Below are positions 19,117 to 27,948 of a DNA stretch of 64,000 bases, piece by piece. The notes below the pieces were generated by a model. It worked only from the letters and a program-made list of their open reading frames with translations. It ran no database searches and had not been told where the DNA came from. The DNA is from Polyangiales bacterium (lineage in GTDB: Bacteria; Myxococcota_A; Polyangia; Polyangiales; Ga0077539). Within the stretch, counting starts at the first letter, position 1. Every line of letters begins with the position of its first letter. The stretch covers positions 1 through 64,000 of the forward strand of contig JBGARZ010000025.1 in NCBI GenBank assembly GCA_044229975.1, in the 5' to 3' direction. Both the position numbers and the translations under genes were made by a program.

Positions 19117-22100
19117 AGACAACCGCGACCCCGCCTCGCTCCACCGCGCGTGGATCGGCCTGCTCCAGCCCGATGGCATCGTGGTGTCCACCGCCGCGCT
19201 CGTCGACGCCGGGCTCAGCCCCGACCCCATCGCCCACGGTGAGCTCGACCGCTTGCGGGCTCTCTGCGGGCTCGCCCCCGAGAAGCCCCGCGACCGCGAC
19301 CCGGTCGAGGCGCCGCGCATGTTCGTCGCCCAGGCCCTCGCCCGGCTCTTCGTCGAGGTGCTCGGCTGCGACCCCGAGTGGATCCACGGCACCACCGCCC
19401 AGCCCTTTCCCGAGGACCGGCACGGTCTCAAGCGGGTGCTCACCGAGTTCAACGGAGAAGAACTCTCCCCCACCTTCGCCATCGAGAACCCCAACCGCGG
19501 CACCGCCCACGCTGACCGTCGCTGGCTCTGCCTCCTGAAGGAACTCTCCTCCGACTACGACCTCGACAAGCCGCAAGGCGACTACACCGCCGCGCATTGG
19601 GTCGCCTCGCCGATGGCGAAGTTCGAGCGCCTCCTCCGCGAGACCAACGTCCCCATCGGCGTGATCTCCAACGAGACCGAGCTGCGCCTGGTGTTCGCAC
19701 CGCCGGGGGAGGGCGCCGGGGTGATGAGCTTCCCGGTCGCGCTGCTGCTCGGGTCCGAGTCTGACATGGCGCTCGGTGCGCTGGTGATGCTCCTCGGGCA
19801 CGCTCGCTGGCTCGACGGAACCCCCGACGGGGCGGCCACGCGCGACCGTGACAAGCAGTTCCTCCCGCACCTCCTGGAGGAGAGCCGGAAGTACCAGAAC
19901 ACTGTGTCCACGGCCCTCGCCGAGCAGGTGCTCGACGCCCTCTGGGAACTCCTCCGCGGCCTCCAATCCGCCCACGCCGCCACGCAGGGAGCCCTCCTCC
20001 GCGACTGGGTGAACGACCGCCCCGACGAGATCTACGGTGGCCTCCTCGCCGTGCTCCTCCGCCTCGTGTTTCTGCTCTACGCCGAGGACCGCGGACAGCT
20101 CCCGTCGGTGGGCTTCTACGCCGCCAGCTATGGCGTGCGCTCGCTCTACGAGAAGCTCCGCGACGACGACGGTCGCCACCCCGACACCATGAACCTCCGC
20201 CTCGGGGCGTGGGCCCGGCTGCTTGCCACCTTCCGCCTCGTCCACGACGGCGGCGGTCACGGCGAGGTGCACCTCCCGGCTCGCGAGGGGGCGCTGTTCT
20301 CGCCGGACACCCACGCCTTCCTCGAAGGCCGCCCGTGGGGCTCCCACGCGCAGCGGGGCGAGGCCCTCGACGTGCCCGCGATCCCCGACGGGGTGGTGTT
20401 CAAGGTGCTGGAGAAGCTCCTCCGCGTCGACCGCGAGGACCTCTCCTACAAGACCCTCGGCGTCGAGGAGCTGGGCTCCGTCTACGAGTCCATGATGGGC
20501 TTCACGGTGCTCACCACCACCGGGCACTCGCTCGCCCTCAAGCCTGATGACGTCGTCGTCGACCTCCAGGCGCTGCTCGCCCTGCCCGGCAAGGAACGCG
20601 CGAAGTACCTCGCCGACAAGGCCGACGCCACCGTCGCGGGCAAGTCACAGGACGCCCTGCGCACGGCCTCCACCATCGAAGAGCTCGCAGACGCCCTCGC
20701 GAAGTCCCGCTCGCCCCGTACGCCCGCGATCGTCCAGCCGGGTTCGCTGGTGTTGCAGCCCACGGCCGAGCGGCGGCGCTCCGGCTCGCATTACACCCCG
20801 CGCACGCTCACCGGACCCATCGTCGAGCGCACCCTCCGCCCGGTGTTCACTGCGCTGGGCGAGGCACCCACCCACGAGCAGATCCTCGCGCTCAAGGTGT
20901 GCGACCCGGCCATGGGCAGCGGGGCCTTCCTCGTGGCGGCCTGCCGCTGGCTGGGCGATCGCCTCTACGAGGTCTGGCAGCGCGACGGTGGAAGCGCGAA
21001 GCCCGTCGTGGTCGCGAAGATCACCCCCGACGACGACGAGCGCATGGTGGCGAGGCGGCTGGTCGCGCAGCACTGCCTTTACGGCGTCGACAAGAATCCC
21101 TTCGCGGTCAACCTCGCCCGGCTCTCGCTCTGGCTGGAGACGCTGGCGAAGGAGCACCCGTTTACGTTCCTCGACCACGTGCTGCGCGAGGGGGACTCGC
21201 TGGTGGGGGTGAGCCGCAAGCAGGTGCAGTACCTGCGGTTGGAGCCCATCGCGGCGGAGGTGCAGCTTGAGACGCTGCCGATGAGCGTGTTCGAAGGGGT
21301 GAAGAGGGCCGAGGCGAACCGCGCAGAGATCCGCGAGCTGGCGCTGTCCGACGACACGGCGCAGAAGCGGCGGCTGCTCGATGAGTCCGAGACGTCGACG
21401 GCGTTCTTGCGGGAGGTGGGCGACGCGCTGGTGGCAACGTTCTTCGCGCACACCAAGGAGGGCGAGCGGAAGAAGGCCATGACGGCGCTGCGGGAGGGCC
21501 TGCTGGCGGACAAGAACGCCGAGGTAACACTCGCGGCAGCGAAGGGGCTGAAGCTGCGGCCGTTCCATTGGGAGCTGGAGTTTCCCGAGGTGTTCAGTCG
21601 GGACAATGGTGGGTTTGACGCGATCGTGGGGAATCCGCCGTTTGCGGGGAAGAATACCAATTTTGCGAGCAGCGGTGAGCTCTATGTCTACTTTCTGGTC
21701 GACGCGTTTCCAGAGGGTCATGGCAGCGCGGACTTGGTTGCGTTCTTTTTTCGTCGCTCATTCTCGTTGCTTCGAGAGGGTGGAACGCTCGGCCTGATCG
21801 CGACCAACAGCATCGCGCAGGGAGACACGCGCGGCACTGGCTTGCGATGGATCTGCAACAACGGCGGCAAGATCTACGAGTCTAGGCGTAATGTCAGATG
21901 GCCTGGAACGGCGGCGGTTTCGGTCAGCGTCGTGCACATCGCCCGAACGCGCGACGAACTGCCACTCGTACGATTGGACGATCGTGTGGTTAGCCGGGTG
22001 ACGGCGTTCCTGCTTCCTAGCGGGATCAACGATGATCCAGAGAGAATTCAAGCGAACGGCGGCCGGTGCTTCGTTGGCAGTTACGTCCTCGGTATGGGGT

Positions 22101-23239
22101 TCCTGTTCGACGATCGGGAGCCAACCTCGACCCCGATTTCTGAACTCCATCGCCTTCTCGATAAAAATCCCCGCAACGGCGAGAGGGTCTTTCCATTCCA
22201 GGGCGGGGAGCAGATCAACGCGGATCCCAGGCAGGCTGCGAGACGATGGGTGATCAACTTCGCGGACTTTGACTACGAGAAAGCTCAGTGCTGGCCAGAC
22301 CTGCTGGCAATCGTTGAGTCAAAGGTCAAGCCTGAGCGAGAGCGTCTTGGAAACAATACCGATGCCCGTCGACGCAAGGCAAACTGGTGGCGTTGGGGGC
22401 AATACGCCCATGCCTTGCAGTCGGCTCTGGAAGGCTTCGATTTTGTGTTTGCGTGTTCCCAGGTAAGCAGCCACTTGGCATTTGTATTGCAGTCGGCGAG
22501 GTACATTTTCGGGCACACGGTTGTGGTTGTTCCCTCTCAAGGATATTGTAGTTTCGCAGTCCTTCAGTCATCGCTTCACGAGCGATGGGCTCGCGTTTTC
22601 GGGTCGACCCTGGAAGATCGTCTGCGCTACACCCCTTCGGATTGCTTTGATACCTTCCCCTTCCCGCTCGATTGGGAGACAGACCCCGCACTCGAAGCCG
22701 CGGGTCACGCGTATCACGAGTTTCGCGCGAAGCTCATGATCGACAACAACGAGGGTCTGACCGCGACCTACAATCGCTTCCACAGTCGCGAGGATGAGAG
22801 CCTCGGCATCGTCCAACTCCGCGAACTGCATGCGGCGATGGACCGTGCGGTGCTCGATGCCTACGGGTGGTACGACCTCCAGCCGACGTGCGAGTTCCTG
22901 TTGGAGTTCGAGGTCGCGGAGGAGGACGGCCGGAAGAAGAAGCCCTGGCGCTACCGTTGGCCCGATACGACGCGTGACGAGGTGCTGGCGCGGCTGCTGG
23001 AGCTCAACGGCCAGCGGGCGGCGGCGGAACGCGCGGAAATGGCATTGAGGGCCGAAGCGGCGGCGGCGAAGGCTGCGGAGGAGGGGCGCGCGGCGGCGGA
23101 GGCGAAGGCAGCGAAGACCCAGGGAAAGAACGCGAGCGCATCGACGGCCACAGAGAAGCCGAAGCGACCGAAGCGAAAGAAGGACGAGAAGCAGGCGGCG
23201 GACGTCGTCGAAGAAGACAAGCGGCTGCCCGGGACATAG
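19103..23239 (+). CDS. drmMI: DISARM class I N6-adenine methyltransferase DrmMI
   Basis: GSHYTPR, CDPAMGSGAFL (motif I), YGVDKN, IVGNPPF (motif IV), RYTPSDCFDTFPFP; start overlaps the DUF262 gene end. Confidence 0.88.
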   Translation: MTRPRDNRDPASLHRAWIGLLQPDGIVVSTAALVDAGLSPDPIAHGELDRLRALCGLAPEKPRDRDPVEAPRMFVAQALARLFVEVLGCDPEWIHGTTAQPFPEDRHGLKRVLTEFNGEELSPTFAIENPNRGTAHADRRWLCLLKELSSDYDLDKPQGDYTAAHWVASPMAKFERLLRETNVPIGVISNETELRLVFAPPGEGAGVMSFPVALLLGSESDMALGALVMLLGHARWLDGTPDGAATRDRDKQFLPHLLEESRKYQNTVSTALAEQVLDALWELLRGLQSAHAATQGALLRDWVNDRPDEIYGGLLAVLLRLVFLLYAEDRGQLPSVGFYAASYGVRSLYEKLRDDDGRHPDTMNLRLGAWARLLATFRLVHDGGGHGEVHLPAREGALFSPDTHAFLEGRPWGSHAQRGEALDVPAIPDGVVFKVLEKLLRVDREDLSYKTLGVEELGSVYESMMGFTVLTTTGHSLALKPDDVVVDLQALLALPGKERAKYLADKADATVAGKSQDALRTASTIEELADALAKSRSPRTPAIVQPGSLVLQPTAERRRSGSHYTPRTLTGPIVERTLRPVFTALGEAPTHEQILALKVCDPAMGSGAFLVAACRWLGDRLYEVWQRDGGSAKPVVVAKITPDDDERMVARRLVAQHCLYGVDKNPFAVNLARLSLWLETLAKEHPFTFLDHVLREGDSLVGVSRKQVQYLRLEPIAAEVQLETLPMSVFEGVKRAEANRAEIRELALSDDTAQKRRLLDESETSTAFLREVGDALVATFFAHTKEGERKKAMTALREGLLADKNAEVTLAAAKGLKLRPFHWELEFPEVFSRDNGGFDAIVGNPPFAGKNTNFASSGELYVYFLVDAFPEGHGSADLVAFFFRRSFSLLREGGTLGLIATNSIAQGDTRGTGLRWICNNGGKIYESRRNVRWPGTAAVSVSVVHIARTRDELPLVRLDDRVVSRVTAFLLPSGINDDPERIQANGGRCFVGSYVLGMGFLFDDREPTSTPISELHRLLDKNPRNGERVFPFQGGEQINADPRQAARRWVINFADFDYEKAQCWPDLLAIVESKVKPERERLGNNTDARRRKANWWRWGQYAHALQSALEGFDFVFACSQVSSHLAFVLQSARYIFGHTVVVVPSQGYCSFAVLQSSLHERWARVFGSTLEDRLRYTPSDCFDTFPFPLDWETDPALEAAGHAYHEFRAKLMIDNNEGLTATYNRFHSREDESLGIVQLRELHAAMDRAVLDAYGWYDLQPTCEFLLEFEVAEEDGRKKKPWRYRWPDTTRDEVLARLLELNGQRAAAERAEMALRAEAAAAKAAEEGRAAAEAKAAKTQGKNASASTATEKPKRPKRKKDEKQAADVVEEDKRLPGT

Positions 23240-23310
23240 GGGTTTCGCGGGGGCGATCGTGCGTCAGTGACATGGTCCCAACGGCTGGCGCCGCTCGCCG
23301 GGATGCGAAC

Positions 23311-24009
23311 TCAGGTAAACCAGAGTGTCTGCCCCGACTCGTCGATGATTTGAGCGCCGCCAATCGCGTCGAGCATGTCCTCCTTGAAGGGGCAGAGCGC
23401 TTCGATGGCGTGCGGATAGAACGAACCAAAGGTCTGCTCGAAGGACGCGCGGACGTCGTCGTCGATCGACACAGTGGTGGACTGCCAGTTCGGCTCGATC
23501 TCCAGGATCTTTGCGCGGCTCGCAGGCTCCCATGCGAAGACGGTTCGGATGCCTTCGCGTCGAGCCCGAACGGTCAACTCCCGCCTGGGTGAAGGCAATT
23601 CGAGAGCACCTTGCGCGAAGGTGAGAAGCGCCTGAGACAACTGTTCGAACTCAGCCGAGTTAGCCTCGCTTGAGAAGCTCTTGCCTGCATAGAAGTCCGC
23701 ACCGAAACCATTGAACTTCAACGGGGTGCGATCTTCCTTTTCGACGTGCTTTCGAAGCTCGGAGAGCACCTGCTCGACCTGATCGATCGTCGCGCCCTCG
23801 GGGCCAGAGACATCGAGGAAGCTCAAGACGCTCCGACCGCCGGCCTTCCCTTGCGTCTCACTCTTCACGAGTCGCCCGGGGGACGACCGCGCGACCCACC
23901 GGACGTCGGAGAGGCTCTCGGCCGAGACCGAAGGATTGTGTCGGTAGTAGTGGAACGAGAACGGCTGGTTGCCGTCTTCATCCTTTACCCGCATGGCGCC
24001 AAGGTACAT
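23311..24009 (-). CDS. hypothetical protein
   Basis: ATG 24009 with GGAGG RBS; 232 aa; visibly lower GC than neighbours. Confidence 0.7.
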   Translation of the reverse strand: MYLGAMRVKDEDGNQPFSFHYYRHNPSVSAESLSDVRWVARSSPGRLVKSETQGKAGGRSVLSFLDVSGPEGATIDQVEQVLSELRKHVEKEDRTPLKFNGFGADFYAGKSFSSEANSAEFEQLSQALLTFAQGALELPSPRRELTVRARREGIRTVFAWEPASRAKILEIEPNWQSTTVSIDDDVRASFEQTFGSFYPHAIEALCPFKEDMLDAIGGAQIIDESGQTLWFT

Positions 24010-24010
24010 C

Positions 24011-24724
24011 TCAAACCTCCAGTTCTCGATAAGCCGTCGCCGGGGTACGAGGCGACCGCGACTTCGCCCGATCGAGGTCAACGTCTCGCAGTTCGGACGA
24101 CGCGCGATGCGTCGAACGCCCGGCGAAGATCGCGTACCCCTGAAGGGTGGCGATCTCGTGCAGGGAGGAGGCGAGCATGAGCTTGATCTCGCGCTGCACC
24201 TGCCTGCTCGCGTCAGCGTCGTGGAGGGCCTCTGCGACAAGCACCGCGTACAACTTCGCCGCGAGCGACGACTCACGCAGACCCGGGACCGCCATGAGAC
24301 CTTGTCGCGCGAGGCGCACGGCATCCTTCGGCCGACCATCGGCGTGCGCGGCGAGAGCTTCGAGACGCCTTCCGTCGGCGTGGGCTTCGAGCACCGCGCC
24401 TGCGTCCTGTGACCGCAGGTAGGTGACCTCGATGTCCTCCTGCCGGGTCCAGCGAACGCCGTCGAGTTCTTCCGCGACCCCGGGCCTGTGCTCGCCGATC
24501 GAGCGATAGACGGCGCGCCCGTCGAGGCTCGGCGCGACAAGCTCGCCCTCGACGGCGGTGACGAACCCGTCGCGAACGAGGTCGGCCAGTCGCTCGTGGG
24601 TGAGCGTCCTGCCATCGGTGACCCGCAGGAGGTCGTCGCCTTCGACCGAGATGATGGCCGCGCGCGCACCGGCGCCACCTGCGACCGGAGTACCGTCAAA
24701 GGCGATGACTCGACCGGTCGTCAT
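24011..24724 (-). CDS. hypothetical protein
   Basis: ATGA overlap with the upstream gene stop; ends just before the next start. Confidence 0.65.
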   Translation of the reverse strand: MTTGRVIAFDGTPVAGGAGARAAIISVEGDDLLRVTDGRTLTHERLADLVRDGFVTAVEGELVAPSLDGRAVYRSIGEHRPGVAEELDGVRWTRQEDIEVTYLRSQDAGAVLEAHADGRRLEALAAHADGRPKDAVRLARQGLMAVPGLRESSLAAKLYAVLVAEALHDADASRQVQREIKLMLASSLHEIATLQGYAIFAGRSTHRASSELRDVDLDRAKSRSPRTPATAYRELEV

Positions 24725-25461
24725 GGGGAAGCTCCGGCTGAAGGGGACGCGTAGGCAATGATTCGCGAGGTGGCCAGCTCGCACGGCTCGGTGGGATCGC
24801 TCGCGACGAGCCGGTTGGCGCCGATGAGGTCGAGCAGGCGATCGAGAAGAGCGCTCGTCGAGGCGGCCTCCGCGAGCGCCTGCTGCAAGAAGTCCTGCCG
24901 CACGACCGCGAAGGCGAGATGGTCGAACAGGGCGACCGCGGCGTGCAGGCGGACTTCGAGGGTCCAGGCGCGGCGATCGTTCGCCGGGTGGGCGAGGCGT
25001 CCTGAAGGGTCAGCCCCGAAGGGCCTCGTGTGGTCGAGGTATGCGACGACGTCCCGGAAGTGTTCAGTGAGCCAGATGTCGAGGCGTGACCGCCACGAGG
25101 CGAGGGCACCAAGGTCGCTGGCGGTGTGGGCCGCGCGGTCGGCGTCCGAGGCGAGCCCGCCTCCCTGGATGTAGCCCTTGAACATCCCGCCTGTGTCGAA
25201 GGTGGAGGCATTGCCCGGGTGGCCGTCGGAGAGTTCGGGGTCATACGCCAGGACGACATCGCCGAAGCCCGGGCAGGCGAAGCCCGCGTAGAAGTACAGG
25301 CAGTCGCCGAGCCCGTAGGCCGCCTCGGTATCGCGTGCGATCTGGTCGCGCGCCTCGGGGTCGAGCTGCTCACCCTGAGCGAAGCGGGCCGCCGTCATGC
25401 TGAGGTCCGGGCGCACCGTGTACGTCTTGCCTTCGACACGGACGAGGGGCACGCGGGGCAT
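24721..25461 (-). CDS. hypothetical protein
   Basis: 246-aa ORF; CLYFYAG, TFDTGG and AWTLEVR conserved-looking motifs. Confidence 0.7.
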   Translation of the reverse strand: MPRVPLVRVEGKTYTVRPDLSMTAARFAQGEQLDPEARDQIARDTEAAYGLGDCLYFYAGFACPGFGDVVLAYDPELSDGHPGNASTFDTGGMFKGYIQGGGLASDADRAAHTASDLGALASWRSRLDIWLTEHFRDVVAYLDHTRPFGADPSGRLAHPANDRRAWTLEVRLHAAVALFDHLAFAVVRQDFLQQALAEAASTSALLDRLLDLIGANRLVASDPTEPCELATSRIIAYASPSAGASP

Positions 25462-25561
25462 GACGCAGGGAGTATCCCCCGCCTAGCATCGGAGAGGCAA
25501 TGGACCGCCGCAGCCGACACGTTCGTCCGGCTCGCTGGCTGCGGTCCCCGCTGGTGACGTC

Positions 25562-26851
25562 ATGACCCCGCTCGACGAGTCGATCGGCAAGAACCCGATC
25601 CGCAACAAGATGAGCCTCGACGCGCCGCCGGTGGCGGTCGACGAGCTGGTGCAGATGGTCGCCGCGGGAAGGGACCAGTTCCACAGCTACATCGCCAAGA
25701 CGGTGAAGTGCACCTACCGACGGCCGCCAATCTATCTGGTCGACGACTGGGTCACCGCAGCGCTGGGGCTCTTCCGTGTGAGCGGCGGCGTGGCGCGCGT
25801 TCGAGACGCTGCCCTCGCACCGGACGGAGCCGCCATCGGGCCCGCGGTCATGGAGGACTTCGGCCGGCTCTACGCGCTCTTCGGACCGCTCGTGGACCTC
25901 TCCCGCGCGCTGCGGTCGCTGGGCGTGCTCTCCTTCGACGGCGCCCTCGATCTGCTCTGGCGCCTCGCCCGCACGCTCCCCGGGATCACCGAAGCCGACG
26001 CGAGGGAAGCCTGCATGGCCGATCTGCGGGCGAACCTGCGCAAGGTCCACGATCTCGTTCGACGGCTGTTCGCGGTGGTCCGCGCCGATCGTGACCTCGC
26101 GTCGCTCTCCCGCGAGGAGCTGCTCGTCGACATCGGGATGTACGTCGAGCAGTTCGACGACGAGCTCGGGCGGTTCGAGCTCCAGCGGCCGACGGCGCTC
26201 GTGCGGGGCTTCGGTCCGTCGCGGCACTCCGGTGTGATCTTCGAGGACATTCCCGACCTGGACATCCTCGCGCCGGCGATCCTGCTCTCGCCGTGTGCGA
26301 TCGCGGGCTGGAGCAAGCGCGTTTTGAAGACGTCGCCGCTGGACGTCGCCAGCCCCTGGCTGGGCAACACGAAGCCCACGAACGCCCTGCTCGCGATCGC
26401 GCTCGGCAACGTCGTGCAGCACGAGCTCACGCACGCGATGGTGGCGCTGCCGAGCGGCGCCGACATCGACCGCGCGCAGCTCGATCACCAGTGGGCGCTG
26501 TACCGCGAGCGCCCGGACATCGAGGAGGGGATGGCGAACTTCGTCGCGGCGGTCGTGACTACGAACAGCATCGTGGTGACGGAGCGGGGGCTGCGAAACC
26601 ACCAGGTCGTGGACTTCAAGAAGAGCGACCAGGACTGGGGTGAGCTCCGCGACTTCGCGGTGTCGACCTTCGCGGAGGATGGTTACGCCTCCAGCGAGGC
26701 GTACGTGCGCACGTGGGAGCGGCTCGGATGTTCGATGGGCGACTTCGGGGGCGCGCTCCATGCCTTCTCGACCCACGCGAAGGACACCGACTGGCATCGC
26801 TTCATGGAAGCGCTTCATCAGGGCCGGATTCTGTTGGCGAACGGCACCTGA
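25562..26851 (+). CDS. HExxH zinc-metallopeptidase-like protein
   Basis: QHELTHAMV followed by IEEGMANF (gluzincin-type third ligand). Confidence 0.7.
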   Translation: MTPLDESIGKNPIRNKMSLDAPPVAVDELVQMVAAGRDQFHSYIAKTVKCTYRRPPIYLVDDWVTAALGLFRVSGGVARVRDAALAPDGAAIGPAVMEDFGRLYALFGPLVDLSRALRSLGVLSFDGALDLLWRLARTLPGITEADAREACMADLRANLRKVHDLVRRLFAVVRADRDLASLSREELLVDIGMYVEQFDDELGRFELQRPTALVRGFGPSRHSGVIFEDIPDLDILAPAILLSPCAIAGWSKRVLKTSPLDVASPWLGNTKPTNALLAIALGNVVQHELTHAMVALPSGADIDRAQLDHQWALYRERPDIEEGMANFVAAVVTTNSIVVTERGLRNHQVVDFKKSDQDWGELRDFAVSTFAEDGYASSEAYVRTWERLGCSMGDFGGALHAFSTHAKDTDWHRFMEALHQGRILLANGT

Positions 26852-26979
26852 GCGGGTGTGCTTCGTATCGACGAGATCGCAATCGGTGCGCCGCGTGACC
26901 TCGGCTACTGCTCGGGCAGCCGACGCTCACGACGTGGAGCGAGAAGGAGGTCGTCCATCACCTCTCGACGGCCATCGCT

Positions 26980-27948
26980 CTACACCGTGATGACCACCTT
27001 TCCCGGGCAGTGCCCCTCCGCCTGGTACGCGATCGCCGCCGGGACCTCCGCCAGGGGATAGGTCCGGTCGATCACCGGGACCAAGGCTCCGGTTTCGAGC
27101 AGGCTCCCCAGGAGTTCGAGGTCTGCCGGAGTCGTCCGCACCGCCACCCGGCTCAGTCGGCGATCGCCCACGGAGTAGAGCGGACCCAGGAACAGCGCTT
27201 CGGCCAGTTGTCGTCCACTGCCGCCCACCATCGCGTAGCGGCCGCCCGGCGCGAGGGTCCGTCTGTAGTGCGCCAGGGGGTGGTAGCCGTTGGCAGCCAC
27301 GATCACGTCGTAGGTCTTGCTCAGGGCCGTGAAATCCTCCCTGGCGTAGTCGACGACGTGATCCGCCCCGAGCCTGTGCGCCAGGTCCATGTTCCGCGCG
27401 CTGCAAACAGCGCTGACCTCCCCGGCACCAAGAACCCTCGCGAGTTGTAGGGCGAAGGTGCCCACGCCGCCCGACGCCCCGCTGATTGCCACCGACTCTC
27501 CCGCCTTCAACCGGGCGACATCCCGCAGTGCCTGCAACGCCGTCACGGCCGCCAGGGGGACGGCAGCGGCCTCCTCGAAGCTCACGCGGGCCGGCTTCAA
27601 CGCAAAGGCCGAGGCCGGCGCGACGGCGTACTCCGCGAAGGCGCCCAGGCCGCTCGCGAGGAGCTCGCCGAACACTTCGTCGCCGGGCTTGAAGCGCGTC
27701 ACCGCCGGGCCCACGGCCACTACCTGGCCCGCGACGTCCGCTCCCAGGACGCGGACCCTCGGCCTGAACAGGCCGAACGCCAGACGCACCAGGAAGGGGT
27801 CTGCTCGCAGCACGCGCCAGTCCGCGGCGTTGACCGAGCTGGCCCGGACGCGGACCAGGACCTCACCGTCTCGGGGCTGCGGGATGGGGAGCTCGCCAAG
27901 GGTCAGGTCCTCGGGCGGGCCGTAGTGGTCGAAGAGGATGGCCTTCAT
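26980..27948 (-). CDS. NAD(P)-dependent MDR oxidoreductase (quinone reductase-like)
   Basis: MKAILFDHYGPP, SVNAADW, GADVAG, GASGGVG, GKVVITV. Confidence 0.9.
   Translation of the reverse strand: MKAILFDHYGPPEDLTLGELPIPQPRDGEVLVRVRASSVNAADWRVLRADPFLVRLAFGLFRPRVRVLGADVAGQVVAVGPAVTRFKPGDEVFGELLASGLGAFAEYAVAPASAFALKPARVSFEEAAAVPLAAVTALQALRDVARLKAGESVAISGASGGVGTFALQLARVLGAGEVSAVCSARNMDLAHRLGADHVVDYAREDFTALSKTYDVIVAANGYHPLAHYRRTLAPGGRYAMVGGSGRQLAEALFLGPLYSVGDRRLSRVAVRTTPADLELLGSLLETGALVPVIDRTYPLAEVPAAIAYQAEGHCPGKVVITV

Noticed and set aside
23020..23239. Ala/Lys/Glu-rich C-terminal tail of DrmMI as an extra domain
   Set aside because: Low-complexity helical or disordered tail with no motif.
23311..24699. 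462-aa ORF as listed in the ORF track
   Set aside because: The N-terminal half is an out-of-frame overlap of the 24011..24724 gene; the real start is most likely ATG 24009 with a GGAGG RBS.
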